Shown: in pieces, positions 1 to 9,437 of the stretch
Position numbering within the stretch: the first letter of the stretch is position 1
Layout: each line of letters starts with the position of its first letter
Origin: a virus
Taxonomy: Duplodnaviria > Caudoviricetes
Virus record (IMG/VR): IMGVR_UViG_3300016467_000772
Span: 1-33,957 of that record
Strand: one strand, 5' to 3'
Length of the DNA: 33,957 nucleotides
Made by a program: the position numbers and the translations under genes
Notes under the pieces: model-generated
The model's database searches: none
Seen by the model: the letters and a program-made list of their open reading frames with translations, nothing else
Told to the model about the DNA's origin: nothing

Positions 1-21
1 AGTCCTATCGCACTGACGCCA

Positions 22-375
22 ATGAGCAAAAAAAAATCCGGCGGAGAGGCAAACTCCGCCGAACCAAGAAGTCAAAAACAGTCCACCGCACCATCTTACA
101 GCAAACCTGTCACTGAACGAGTGGCGGAAGGTGTCATCACGGTGCGCAGTGATCTGGGCTTCACGCGGGATGGCATGACGTATGCCTCGAAGGTGCCGGC
201 CCAGGACGGTCGCCTCAGTTTTGCGGCCCGTGGCCTGTTGCTGTGCATGATCTCGCTGGGCGGCCGGGTCACGCTGTCGCAGCTGGAGGCCGGAGCGACC
301 CAGGGGCAGCTTGCGGCACTCCTGCAAGAGCTGGAGGCATGTGGCTACGTCACCACCAGCCAGGGGGCCCAGTGA
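22..375 (+). CDS. hypothetical protein, possible C-terminal winged-helix
   Basis: 117 aa ORF; stop overlaps next start (TGATG 373-377). C-terminal 'LSFAARGLL...LLQELEACGYV' resembles a phage wHTH. Confidence 0.55.
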   Translation: MSKKKSGGEANSAEPRSQKQSTAPSYSKPVTERVAEGVITVRSDLGFTRDGMTYASKVPAQDGRLSFAARGLLLCMISLGGRVTLSQLEAGATQGQLAALLQELEACGYVTTSQGAQ

Positions 376-680
376 TGGCGAACCGTTATGTCGAGCCGGC
401 CCCCGGCGACCAGATCACAAGAGCCGGCGTCGCGCTGGTTCCGCTCAGGCTGCTGAGCGACTGCGTTGAGCACAAAGAAGATCTCTTTGTTTATACCTGG
501 CTCTGCGCCACCGCCGAAACCGGTGAAATGTTCGACTTGGCAGAAGGCCTGCTGGCAGAAGGCGGCTTGACGGAGGAGCAAAGCAGCGCCTCTGTGGATC
601 GTCTCGTGAAACTTGGCTGGCTCAAGAACACCGCCGCTGCTGGCGAGCCCGCTTGTTACTACATCCGCTCTGGATTCTGA
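375..680 (+). CDS. hypothetical protein, possible wHTH
   Basis: Start reassigned to ATG 375 (MANRYVEP...), with TGATG coupling at both ends. 'SVDRLVKLGWL' is wHTH-like. Confidence 0.55.
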   Translation: MANRYVEPAPGDQITRAGVALVPLRLLSDCVEHKEDLFVYTWLCATAETGEMFDLAEGLLAEGGLTEEQSSASVDRLVKLGWLKNTAAAGEPACYYIRSGF

Positions 681-1876
681 TGAAAAACACTCGGAATTGC
701 GCGAAGACATACCGCGAGCCGTTTGCGGTATCACCAATGCGTTTGTTGCGGCAGCTGGTCGAGAAAGGCCGCAAAAACTGGATGTATGTCTATTCAATGC
801 TCTGGGATTACGCGGGGCCGGACGACCGTGCATTTCCGAGCGTTGGCCGTCTGGCGAGGGACTGCGGCATGGCTGAGCGGGACGTGCGTGCAGCGCTGCG
901 ATGGCTGGTTGCAGAGGGGTGGGTGTTGCGCACGGAGCGGGCCGGCAGGACGGCGCTGTACCGGATCAGGGCCGTCCTGCAGGTTGCAGGTGACGACAGC
1001 GATCTGGGCCTGACCCCTCCCCCAGCAAGGCCAGGGGTTGAGCACCCCCTGCCAGATGGCCCCACCCCTCCCCCTAAAAGGCCGGTGCCTAGGGCCGTCT
1101 GGGAGGGGGGCACCCCTCCCCCAGATGGCCCCCCTAACAAGAGGGTTAATCCAAGAGAACAGCCAGAAGACCAGTTCTCTATCAACAAGAACACCCCCCT
1201 CTCTTCCTCCCTTCGGTCGGAAGAGCCCTCCCCCCTCACGGGGGGACACCCCACCCCAAAACCGGGATCGGGATCGGTTGACGTTCAGGGCCTTGAGCAA
1301 ACCCCGCCCCCGTCAATCCATCCGCACGCTTCGCCAGAGGCCTCCAGCAGCGCCAGGAAGGCGCCTCAGGCTCCGATTGGCGCCACTGATACCTCCGCAC
1401 CCCCCAGAGGCCCCTCCAAGGCCCGTACAGCGCAGACCAAGGCCGCGGCAACCCTGCCAGCCTTCGCCGAGCCCGTCAGGCCGCAGCTGGAGGCCTGGTG
1501 GCGCCTCCGCAAGCAGCGCCACGGCGCCAAGGCCGGCGATCAGCTCCAGGCCCGTTCTGTCAATGCCTTGGCTTTCGCCAGTGAGCGCGGCGTGCTCGAA
1601 GCCTTCGCTGATCTCGCCGCTGAATCCGGCTGGATCAGCCTCGGCTTCGCCGGCTACCGCGACGTGGTTGATCGCCTCGCCGCAGAGCAAATCACGAACG
1701 ATTGCAACAGCCGTCCAAACTTCGGGATGAATGCTGGCCAACATGGCCGCGGCTTCCACGCCAGGGCCACGACCCGTTCCTCGGAGGCCGCCGATCGCGC
1801 CATCGCCCTGTTCGCCTCTTTCGAGACCAGCCCATGCTCAACGCCACCGACTTCATCAACCTCCTTGTTGGCCTGA
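680..1876 (+). CDS. phage replication initiator (N-terminal HTH_36-like domain, Pro-rich linker)
   Basis: ATG 680 coupled to upstream stop. 'AFPSVGRLARDCGMAERDVRAALRWLVAEGWV' is a typical initiator wHTH, followed by a low-complexity linker with DNA repeats. Confidence 0.75.
   Translation: MKNTRNCAKTYREPFAVSPMRLLRQLVEKGRKNWMYVYSMLWDYAGPDDRAFPSVGRLARDCGMAERDVRAALRWLVAEGWVLRTERAGRTALYRIRAVLQVAGDDSDLGLTPPPARPGVEHPLPDGPTPPPKRPVPRAVWEGGTPPPDGPPNKRVNPREQPEDQFSINKNTPLSSSLRSEEPSPLTGGHPTPKPGSGSVDVQGLEQTPPPSIHPHASPEASSSARKAPQAPIGATDTSAPPRGPSKARTAQTKAAATLPAFAEPVRPQLEAWWRLRKQRHGAKAGDQLQARSVNALAFASERGVLEAFADLAAESGWISLGFAGYRDVVDRLAAEQITNDCNSRPNFGMNAGQHGRGFHARATTRSSEAADRAIALFASFETSPCSTPPTSSTSLLA
1013..1130. 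repeat. iteron-like direct and inverted repeats inside initiator (candidate origin)
   Basis: ACCCCTCCCCC at 1013, 1064 and 1112; CCAGATGGCCCC twice (~1052, ~1121); imperfect inverted repeat GGCCGTCTGGGAGGGGGG / CCCCTCCCCCAGATGGCC at 1093-1130. Confidence 0.55.
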
Positions 1877-2280
1877 TTGAGTCACTGCCAATGCACAAAG
1901 GCCTGTCAGAACGTGGCCTTGCCTTTGCGTGGTCAACGCTGCCAAAACAGGCCAAAGAGCAACTCAATCAGCAACACATTGCCTACGCCGCCGGTCAACG
2001 CATCCTTGACCCCGAACCTCGTCATCAGCTCGCCATTCACTTGCAGCTCCTCGCCTATCTCTACCCCTTGAACAACGGCGTTCCCGTCGTTGACCAGGGC
2101 CTACGGCTGGATCTGGAGCAGCGTATGGCTCACCCAGATCGCTTTCACCCTCTCAGCGTCCCAGCTGAGCATTGCCGTGTCCTTCTGCCCGGCGAACCGC
2201 AGCCATTGCCTCCTGAATCAGCAGAACAGCTCCGTCGACGCATCAGCCTCCTCGCCAAGCAAACCGGCCTGGACCTGTGA
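1834..2280 (+). CDS. hypothetical replication-associated protein
   Basis: Likely start ATG 1834 (MLNATDF...), overlapping the initiator end; position typical of a helicase-loader-type partner; GTGA overlap with next gene. Confidence 0.55.
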   Translation: MLNATDFINLLVGLIESLPMHKGLSERGLAFAWSTLPKQAKEQLNQQHIAYAAGQRILDPEPRHQLAIHLQLLAYLYPLNNGVPVVDQGLRLDLEQRMAHPDRFHPLSVPAEHCRVLLPGEPQPLPPESAEQLRRRISLLAKQTGLDL

Positions 2281-2606
2281 AAACCATGGCCACCGAGCCG
2301 GTCGGGCGACTACTCGCTCGCTATGCGCTCCAGGGCCTGATCACCCTTGAAGACCTCGACACGCCACCCCCAGGCTGGTCTCGGCTGGAAGCTGATCGCG
2401 CTGCAGCCAACGCCCGCAGTCAACGCACTGCACGCCGTCCTGTCTATCCGCCTGCCCAGCCCTGGCGAAACCTCGCCCGCGAATGGATCGAGGCCCATCC
2501 CCGCGAATGGGAAGCCATGGTCCGAGACGCCCTCGCCCTGGAGCAACCGCCAGAACCCTTACCCCCCGTCACCGATGAACTCCTCTCCCTCGGACAGGTG
2601 GCTTGA
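2277..2606 (+). CDS. hypothetical protein
   Basis: 109 aa, coupled to upstream gene; 'GLITLEDLDTPPPGW' is ordinary protein-like sequence. Confidence 0.6.
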   Translation: MKTMATEPVGRLLARYALQGLITLEDLDTPPPGWSRLEADRAAANARSQRTARRPVYPPAQPWRNLAREWIEAHPREWEAMVRDALALEQPPEPLPPVTDELLSLGQVA

Positions 2607-3258
2607 ACCGCTATGCCCCACACCGCCACCCCCTGATCAGCAGCGCCGCGCCTTCGAGCACATCGTCAATGACGCCTGCTCACCCGTTGAACGCATCCCA
2701 CCCAGGCCGCGACTGCTCCGCCGCGCTCTCGCGTTGCACCTGCGATCCCTCCATCATCCTGTGATCAGCAGCAGGCAAGGCCCCTGGCAGCCCACGCACC
2801 GCGACTACCGCAGCCTCCTGCATCAGATCTCCCCCCTCCTCGCCCATCCGATCTGGATCAACAACCAGATCCTCGCCGCACCCTGGACCCTCTACCTCCC
2901 ACGCATCAGCGCCTACGGCCACGTCGATGCCGTCATCCAACACCCCGATCAAACCATCGGCATCGTCATCCTTCAGGCCGCCCCGCGCATCGAGGAGCGC
3001 GTCCGCGCCGCACAGGCTGAACTCGGTGCCGCCATCGCCTCCATCGCCGACCACCACGGCCCCCACATCACCCACGCCGTCACCCTCTGGCCCTCCAGCC
3101 CTGACGCGCAAGCCGAATACCACCACCCCGATCGGTGCCTTGGCCTCTGGTGCGATGCCTGTGATCTCTCCCGTTACGCAACACGGACCGTGAATGCCGT
3201 CCGATTCATCCCACACTCTGCACAGCCTCACGCGCCAGCAGATCCGACAAGCCGCTGA
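2575..3258 (+). CDS. degenerate PD-(D/E)XK exonuclease-like protein
   Basis: 'YGHVDAVIQHPDQTIGIVILQ ... AQAELGAAI' resembles the GxxD...IxDxK...QLxAY pattern but lacks D-x-K. Start uncertain. Confidence 0.4.
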   Translation: MNSSPSDRWLEPLCPTPPPPDQQRRAFEHIVNDACSPVERIPPRPRLLRRALALHLRSLHHPVISSRQGPWQPTHRDYRSLLHQISPLLAHPIWINNQILAAPWTLYLPRISAYGHVDAVIQHPDQTIGIVILQAAPRIEERVRAAQAELGAAIASIADHHGPHITHAVTLWPSSPDAQAEYHHPDRCLGLWCDACDLSRYATRTVNAVRFIPHSAQPHAPADPTSR

Positions 3259-3487
3259 TCACGGCAGCCTCCTCTCCTTACGCGCCTGGACTGCATCACT
3301 ACTGGCCGCGGCCGGTTGGATCGATCCAGCCTCCGACCAGATCACATCGCCCGGCCTGACCGCCTTCCTGCGGCTGCATTCGCCTCCACATGCCCCCGCG
3401 ACCCTCCACCAGGCTCTCGCCGCGCTCCCCTTTCACGCTCTCGCAGCTCTCGCCCTCCTCGCCGCCCAACACCATGCCCACCAGTAA
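3194..3487 (+). CDS. hypothetical protein
   Basis: 97 aa ORF filling the gap in a co-oriented cluster. Confidence 0.4.
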   Translation: MPSDSSHTLHSLTRQQIRQAADHGSLLSLRAWTASLLAAAGWIDPASDQITSPGLTAFLRLHSPPHAPATLHQALAALPFHALAALALLAAQHHAHQ

Positions 3488-3707
3488 GCCCGTCGCGATC
3501 CTGCCGCCCGGAACCCTCGTCATCCGTCAGGCCCGCGGTGATCGCCGCGTCCAGGATCCGGCTCGCATCATGGAGGCATTCACCGTTACGGATAGGCTCG
3601 GACGCCGCATGATCCGCTACCGTGTCCAGATCCTTGAATCAGGCCTGATCCGTGACTGGCCCGGCTCGCACTGCAGCGTTGTTTCCCCTCCACCCGCTTC
3701 TGCTTGA
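3474..3707 (+). CDS. hypothetical small protein
   Basis: Likely start ATG 3474 (MPTSKPVAIL...); stop coupled to next ATG (TGATG). Confidence 0.5.
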   Translation: MPTSKPVAILPPGTLVIRQARGDRRVQDPARIMEAFTVTDRLGRRMIRYRVQILESGLIRDWPGSHCSVVSPPPASA

Positions 3708-3871
3708 TGGACTGGGCTGCCATCCTCGCCGCCGCTGGCATCCCTGAACCGCCCGGCCGGCAAGAAGCCGCCGCCGCCGCGCAGCTGCACGCCGCTCAAC
3801 GCCGCGCTGAACGCACAGCAGCACGCAAAGAACCACCACCAGCAGCATCGAAGCCCCGCCGTCGCTCATGA
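3707..3871 (+). CDS. hypothetical 54 aa protein (not in ORF track)
   Basis: Manual translation MDWAAILAAAGIPEPPGRQEAAAAAQLHAAQRRAERTAARKEPPPAASKPRRRS; coupled upstream (TGATG) and downstream (ATGA). Confidence 0.6.
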   Translation: MDWAAILAAAGIPEPPGRQEAAAAAQLHAAQRRAERTAARKEPPPAASKPRRRS

Positions 3872-4101
3872 GCACCGCCTTTCACGTCATCAGCTCAGGC
3901 CCCGCCCTCAGCGCCGCACAGGCACTCCGAAACATTGCTGTCGAGGAAATGCAACGGCGTTTTGACGAAAGCTCCCTAGTGCATGACCACCTTGGCGGTG
4001 TTACTGATGAAGTCGTATTCGATACGCCGAACAAAACGCAGAAGGATCGGCCGAAGGTTGCTATTCGACGTAAGCAGAAACGCTCTCTCGCTGGAAAATA
4101 G
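3868..4101 (+). CDS. hypothetical protein, convergently overlapping the recombinase
   Basis: ATGA-coupled start; last 126 nt overlap the recombinase 3' end on the opposite strand. Confidence 0.35.
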   Translation: MSTAFHVISSGPALSAAQALRNIAVEEMQRRFDESSLVHDHLGGVTDEVVFDTPNKTQKDRPKVAIRRKQKRSLAGK

Positions 4102-5316
4102 ATCCTGATAGTCAGGCTCAAGCCACGGATCTCGAATCCTGCCGATCCGCATCGCTGCGATCTGATCTCGCAACGTAATAATCGACCCGCGTAGGTTCGG
4201 CACCCCCTGCCGCTCTAGCTCCTGCAGTTGCCGCAGCTGTTCATGCAGCCGGCTCTCCTCCGGTGGTACTTCGATCGGTGCATCGGCCGCGGCGATCTCT
4301 GCCATCTGCTTCGCTCGTTTCGTCAGGGCCTGTGCAACGGCCTGGCGGAGCACATCCTCGCGCACGGTCCGACTCGCGTAGGGGCAGCGGCTCGTTCGGC
4401 ACTGGTATCGAGAAGCGTGAGTCTCTGCTCGCTTGGTCTTCCAGCCCAAGTTTTTGCCGCAGTGGAGGCATTGAACCATGCTGGTGAACAAGTGATTGTT
4501 ACCGCAATTCCTGGTGCGAACATTCGAGCCCCGTCGTGGCCTATAGAGCCGCATGGCTAGATCAAACTCGTCGGTCGTGATTAGCCGGGGCGCCCGCCCC
4601 CATTCGACCCGTTCCCATTCGCCGATCTGACCGCGACCGTATCCGACCCCGCCGCGAAGCATCGGGTTGAGCAGCCAGTTGAGCAGGCCGGTACTCGTGG
4701 GCAGGAAGGGGAAGTCGTCCGGCAACGCCCGCACCGCATTGGTCAGTGACATCTGGTGCTCAATGAGCAGCTCGAATAACCACCTCGCCTGCTCCCATGT
4801 CGCCGGATCCATTGCTGGCTTGCCATCGATGGCCTTGTAGCCAAACGGCAGCCGGCCGCGGGCCAAGAAGCCAGCCTCACGCCGCCGCCGCAGCCCATCG
4901 GCCGACTTGAGCCCGATCATCCGGGACTGGATGCGGTTCATCAGGCTTGTGATGCCGCTAGTGGCTAGGCCGTTGACGGTCTGGTTCTCCCACACCTGGC
5001 CGAACAGATCGCGAACCTCTGTGCCGGCTGCAGCGCACTCCTCCAGGAACTCCATGTCAGAGCCGTCTCTGGCCAGCCTGGAAAGGTCAACCATCAGCAC
5101 CCGCCGGACCCGCCGCTGTGCGACAAGGGTGCGAAGCTCAGCCCAGCCCTGGCGATGGCCTTTCGATGCGCTGGCCTTCTCGGAGATCACCCGATCGACC
5201 CCGGCCCGCTCCAGATCGGCGATCTGCCCCTCAAGGCTGATGCCCTGAGCTTCCTGCTGCGTCGAGACCCTCGCGTAGCCGATGACCTGCCTGTCGTCGA
5301 TCTGAAGGCGTGCCAT
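3976..5316 (-). CDS. large serine recombinase (integrase)
   Basis: 'IGYARVST' catalytic Ser motif, 'DLSRLARD', recombinase domain 'GRLPFGY', Zn ribbon 'CLHCG...YQCRTSRC', C-terminal coiled coil. Start ATG 5316 or TTG 5334. Confidence 0.93.
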   Translation of the reverse strand: MARLQIDDRQVIGYARVSTQQEAQGISLEGQIADLERAGVDRVISEKASASKGHRQGWAELRTLVAQRRVRRVLMVDLSRLARDGSDMEFLEECAAAGTEVRDLFGQVWENQTVNGLATSGITSLMNRIQSRMIGLKSADGLRRRREAGFLARGRLPFGYKAIDGKPAMDPATWEQARWLFELLIEHQMSLTNAVRALPDDFPFLPTSTGLLNWLLNPMLRGGVGYGRGQIGEWERVEWGRAPRLITTDEFDLAMRLYRPRRGSNVRTRNCGNNHLFTSMVQCLHCGKNLGWKTKRAETHASRYQCRTSRCPYASRTVREDVLRQAVAQALTKRAKQMAEIAAADAPIEVPPEESRLHEQLRQLQELERQGVPNLRGSIITLRDQIAAMRIGRIRDPWLEPDYQDLFSSERAFLLTSNSNLRPILLRFVRRIEYDFISNTAKVVMH

Positions 5317-5372
5317 CGGGTTGATTTTGCGCAAGTGAGCCCATTATCTTGAGCAGACATCCGAGTGCTTGA

Positions 5373-6056
5373 ATGGTGGGCTCACGAGTGAGACTGACAG
5401 AAACCCAGCTGCCGCAAGGGATCTCGGCGAAAGAAGGCCCAAAAATCGTGGACTTGTCTCACTTGAGACCCGATCTGGCGAATGCACGAAAACGGACCGA
5501 GCGGAGCGCTTCGCTGATCGAGCAGAGCCTCTCTGAGTTCGGCGCCGCCCGCTCGATCGTCATCGACGAGCAGGGCACCGTTCTGGCCGGCAACGGCACG
5601 ATCGAGGCCGCCGCATCCATCGGGATCGAGCAGGTGCTTGTCGTGCCCATCGACGGGAACACGCTGGTCGCCGTGCAGCGGACCGACCTGACCGACCGAC
5701 AGAAGGTGCGATACGCGATTGCCGACAACCGCGCCTCTGATCTCTCCGAATGGGACGCCGCCACTCTTGCCGACCTGCAGAACGCTGACCCCGATCTGCA
5801 CCTTGACAGCTATTGGACCGAACCAGAGCTGGATGCCCTCATGGGGGGGCTGGAGCAGGGCGAGGAGGAGGAGGAGGACGGCGACACTGGCAGTCAAGGT
5901 AAGCTTGAAGTGAAACTGTCGTTTGACGACCCGGCCGATTTCGATGTGTTCCTGCAGTCTCTGCAGCAACTCTCAGCCGCGTTGCCTAAGATCAAGGCAA
6001 CTGAGCAACGGCTGCAGTTCATCATTGACCAATTCCTGAGCTGTGCCAAAACCTGA
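5373..6056 (+). CDS. ParB/Srx N-terminal-domain protein
   Basis: 'NARKRT...IEQSLSEFGAARSIVIDEQGTVLAGNGTIEAA...YAIADNRASDLSEWD' is typical of phage ParB-like genes upstream of terminase. Start uncertain. Confidence 0.85.
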   Translation: MVGSRVRLTETQLPQGISAKEGPKIVDLSHLRPDLANARKRTERSASLIEQSLSEFGAARSIVIDEQGTVLAGNGTIEAAASIGIEQVLVVPIDGNTLVAVQRTDLTDRQKVRYAIADNRASDLSEWDAATLADLQNADPDLHLDSYWTEPELDALMGGLEQGEEEEEDGDTGSQGKLEVKLSFDDPADFDVFLQSLQQLSAALPKIKATEQRLQFIIDQFLSCAKT

Positions 6057-6450
6057 GCCGCCGAAAGACGTTCGCCACCGCTCAACCACGAAAGAGCGCG
6101 AATACCGCACTCGCAAGCTGATGCAGCTCGCAAAGCTTGGCTGGGATGCCATGCAGATGCGGGAGTTCGCGCAGAAGGAGTGGAATGTCTCCGACAAAAC
6201 AGCTCGCCGCCTGGTCGATCTCTGCTATGACGCCATCGTCAATGGTATGAGCCAGCTCGACCGGCGACGCATTGCAGCAATCTGCCTGGTCCGATTCGAG
6301 AATGCCTATCGGCTCGCGGCAAGCCAGCGCAACCCCATGGCGATGATCCAGGCCAATGCTCACATCGCTAATCACTGGGTACGCAGCGCACCGGAGATCA
6401 CGATCAACGAGCCGCAATCTGACGAGCTGGATCCCGACGAGGATTTCTGA
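6043..6450 (+). CDS. putative terminase small subunit
   Basis: 135 aa helical HTH-like protein ('WNVSDKTARRLV') immediately upstream of TerL; acidic tail. Confidence 0.6.
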   Translation: MPKPEPPKDVRHRSTTKEREYRTRKLMQLAKLGWDAMQMREFAQKEWNVSDKTARRLVDLCYDAIVNGMSQLDRRRIAAICLVRFENAYRLAASQRNPMAMIQANAHIANHWVRSAPEITINEPQSDELDPDEDF

Positions 6451-6453
6451 GCA

Positions 6454-7941
6454 GTGGCTCTGCGCCAGCCACAGGCCGACCGCCGCGGCCGGCGTTCCGT
6501 CAGCCTGGCCGACTGGTACACCGATGACCCGCTGATCGCGGAATCATCGCGTCGTGTTCGCCCATGGGACACCCTGCCAAAGGCATGGCCGAGCTTCGCG
6601 CATGAAACGCTGGTCGCCTCTGGCGGGCGTTACGTCCCCTTCGATCCATACGGCTATCAGATCGATCTCGTTCGCACGATCCGCCGCTGCACGAACACAT
6701 ACGTCCTGAAGAGCCGGCAAACCGGTGTTTCCGAGACTGTGATCAGCTACATGCTGTCGCAGGCCATCCGCAAGCCGGCATGGACTGGAGTGGTCTTCTC
6801 CAAGACCGGTGATGACGCTTCAGAGCTGGCGGCGCGGATCAAGGGGCAGGCATCCACGCTTCGGGACCGCTGCCCCAAGTTCTCCAAGGATTCGATGCGC
6901 AAGATCGTCTTTGACGGCGCCGGCTCCCTGCATTTCCTGCCGCCGACCGAGCGGGCCGCCCGTGGCATCCCATCGGCATCGTTCATCCTGTTTGACGAAG
7001 CCGCCTTCATTGACAAGCTGGCCGGCATCGAAACGGGCGCCCTGCCCACCACCTCGATGCTGGGCGATCGAGCCCGTCATGTCTGGGTGACAACCCCAAA
7101 CGGGCGATCCGGCCCGTTCTCCGACCACTGGCAAACCGATCACGGCGAGATCGTGATTGACCCGCGCCCCATGGGTGCCTCCAACGTGCCGCGGCTGCAG
7201 ATCAGCCCGGATAACCAGTTTGCGAAGGTGGCGATCCACTACAGCGAGCATCCCATCTACGGCGCTTCGCCAACATGGGCCGAAAGCACCCGCCGCCGCC
7301 GGCAGCTCACCCTCAAGCAGTGGAACCAGGAGTATGAGCTGGATTTCGCGGCAAGCGACCACGAGATCTTCTCTCACGAGCTGATCGACCTGGCCGAGGC
7401 CTCTGGCGGCTGGGAAAACCCCAAGCGCGGTCACACCTACGTCATGGGCATCGATCCCAACGGCGGCGGCAACGATAATTTCGCCGTCATGGTGGTGGAT
7501 GTGACCACCGCCCCGTGGAAAGTGGTCGCCGGCTTTTACGCCAACGAAAGTTCACGCGACTACGGCCTCAGGAATGCTGCCCGTCTCTATGACCAGTACC
7601 AGCCGGTCCTGACGTGCGTGGAAAAGAACGGCGTCGGCGCCGCCGTTGGCGAGGCCCTGGTGCTGCTCCGGCCTGATTGCCTGATCGAGGAGATCAGCAC
7701 CAGCCAGACAACGAAAATCCTGATGACAGATCGCCTGGTCCTCTTGCTCGAACAGCAGGAGCTGACCATTCCGCCCGACAGCTACCTCGGCAAGGAAATG
7801 AGGAACTTCCGGCAGACGGCAAAGGGCAAGCGAGAGGCAGCGGCTGGTCAGCACGATGACGCTGTGATGGCCCTGGCCCTGGCCTGTCATGCCGGATCGG
7901 TGCAGCGCCCCCTGGATAGCAGCTGGGTGTCCATGGTTTGA
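6454..7941 (+). CDS. terL: terminase large subunit
   Basis: Walker A 'KSRQTGVSE', Walker B 'ILFDEAAF', motif III 'TTPNG', nuclease 'MGIDP' and 'HDDAVMALALA'. Confidence 0.95.
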   Translation: MALRQPQADRRGRRSVSLADWYTDDPLIAESSRRVRPWDTLPKAWPSFAHETLVASGGRYVPFDPYGYQIDLVRTIRRCTNTYVLKSRQTGVSETVISYMLSQAIRKPAWTGVVFSKTGDDASELAARIKGQASTLRDRCPKFSKDSMRKIVFDGAGSLHFLPPTERAARGIPSASFILFDEAAFIDKLAGIETGALPTTSMLGDRARHVWVTTPNGRSGPFSDHWQTDHGEIVIDPRPMGASNVPRLQISPDNQFAKVAIHYSEHPIYGASPTWAESTRRRRQLTLKQWNQEYELDFAASDHEIFSHELIDLAEASGGWENPKRGHTYVMGIDPNGGGNDNFAVMVVDVTTAPWKVVAGFYANESSRDYGLRNAARLYDQYQPVLTCVEKNGVGAAVGEALVLLRPDCLIEEISTSQTTKILMTDRLVLLLEQQELTIPPDSYLGKEMRNFRQTAKGKREAAAGQHDDAVMALALACHAGSVQRPLDSSWVSMV

Positions 7942-7978
7942 TCCGCCTGGTAGGATCGTCCAAGACTTTGGACGCGCA

Positions 7979-8356
7979 ATGCTGATCCAGACGGCTACAG
8001 AGCTAGACCATCAAACGGCCGCGGCGGTCGGCTACCGAGCGGTGTTCTCCAGCCAGAACGGGACGTGGCTGATCGGAACCTATCCGGTCCTGTTTGGCGT
8101 CCGCGTCGTTGCCTGGCGCTCAGGCAGCATGACCCGCTGCGTCGATTACTGCGTCGGCGCCAGCCGGCCAGACCTAATCACCCTGCTGGCGCTGATTCGC
8201 CAGATCTTTGAGCTGCACTTGCCAGAGGACGCCACAGAGGAGCAGGTGACGTGCCTGCTGCCCGGCTGGAGCTGGCGGCCGGTTCAGACCGATCCTGCCT
8301 GCTGGAAGCGGTTGCATGAGCTGGCCATGAGCCCGATCGAGGTGAAAGAAGCTTGA
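7979..8356 (+). CDS. hypothetical protein
   Basis: Likely start ATG 7979 (MLIQTAT...); stop coupled to next ATG. Confidence 0.5.
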   Translation: MLIQTATELDHQTAAAVGYRAVFSSQNGTWLIGTYPVLFGVRVVAWRSGSMTRCVDYCVGASRPDLITLLALIRQIFELHLPEDATEEQVTCLLPGWSWRPVQTDPACWKRLHELAMSPIEVKEA

Positions 8357-8904
8357 TGGCGAAAGCAAAGTCAACGCCTGAGCGGATCGCCTTCGGGCAG
8401 ATGCTCAAGTCCTGGCGCCTGCAGATGGGCTGGACGCAATACACCGCCTGCGACTGGGCCAAGATCGCCGGCTTCGAGGTGATCAGCTACGGCAACCTCT
8501 CGATCTTGGAGCAGGGCACGGCCGGCGAATTGCGCCACAAGGCGTTTCTGCAGCTGGGCGAGCTGAACCGCCGCATCGCCGAGCGGGACTTCAGCGGCGT
8601 CACCGATCGCAGGCTGCTTGATCGCCTGGCCGCCAGCTTCCCCCTGGGCGATGCCTCGCATCCCGTCTGGGATGAAGTGCAGTTCTGGACCTGCTACATC
8701 GGCCGCTTGCCGGTGCCAGAGCGGTTCCGCAGTGTTCCGGTGCTGCCGCCACCGGAGACGCTGCCGCAGGCCCTGGTGCGGCAGGGGCTGGTCACAGACC
8801 CTGCACAGGCTGCGGCGATCCTGGCGGCCATCGCTGCGTTCAAGGCTGCCAACACCCGCCCCCGGCGCAGCAAGAAAACCAACACCCAACCCGACAACAC
8901 ATGA
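8356..8904 (+). CDS. XRE-family HTH transcriptional regulator
   Basis: 'FGQMLKSWRLQMGWTQ...ISYGNLSILEQG' XRE pattern. Confidence 0.7.
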   Translation: MAKAKSTPERIAFGQMLKSWRLQMGWTQYTACDWAKIAGFEVISYGNLSILEQGTAGELRHKAFLQLGELNRRIAERDFSGVTDRRLLDRLAASFPLGDASHPVWDEVQFWTCYIGRLPVPERFRSVPVLPPPETLPQALVRQGLVTDPAQAAAILAAIAAFKAANTRPRRSKKTNTQPDNT

Positions 8905-9437
8905 AGCCATCCATCGCCTTTCTCGCGATCACTCTGCTGGCGCCCGCCATCGCTATGCCAGCGCCCGCCGCCGACATGGCGCCCACCACCGCCGGCATGG
9001 GACCCGCCGCCGACATAGCGCCCACCACCGCCACGCCGGCCCCCAGCGTCCCGAACGTCTTTGAGCTAAGCCACCCGCCGGTCACAGCGGCACAGCAGGG
9101 CGTGCTCGACCGGATCCGCCGCCAGCGCAAGGCAGAAGAAGACCCCTACGGCGGCGTCGACTTTCGCGGCTTCGGTGATTGCGTCTACAACTGGGGCCGG
9201 TGGAGCCTGGCCGCCAACGGTGTCCGCACCACCACCTATGGCTGTCGTTCGCCGGTGATGAACCGCAGCATCGCCGTCTCGTGCGAAAAGCTCCAGATGG
9301 CGACAACGAACTACCCGGTCTCTCGGCGGTGGGAGCCGTGGCGAACCCCTGCCGCCGGCACGGAAGAGCGTGTCGTCGCCGCCCTCTGCGCCAACCTGCT
9401 GCCCGCAGCCGGTCAAGCCTCGGCGAGTCGCAACTGA
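8901..9437 (+). CDS. putative secreted protein
   Basis: Signal-peptide-like N-terminus '[18 protein letters not shown]', short tandem repeat, Cys-containing C-terminal domain. Confidence 0.65.
   Translation: MKPSIAFLAITLLAPAIAMPAPAADMAPTTAGMGPAADIAPTTATPAPSVPNVFELSHPPVTAAQQGVLDRIRRQRKAEEDPYGGVDFRGFGDCVYNWGRWSLAANGVRTTTYGCRSPVMNRSIAVSCEKLQMATTNYPVSRRWEPWRTPAAGTEERVVAALCANLLPAAGQASASRN
8964..9032 (+). repeat. 39-nt-period coding tandem repeat (PAAD[M/I]APTTA x2)
   Basis: cccgccgccgacat(g/a)gcgcccaccaccgcc at 8964 and 9003. Confidence 0.85.

Noticed and set aside
28-36. A9 tract as a frameshift site
   Set aside because: In frame (KKK) within an intact ORF; no evidence of a split gene.
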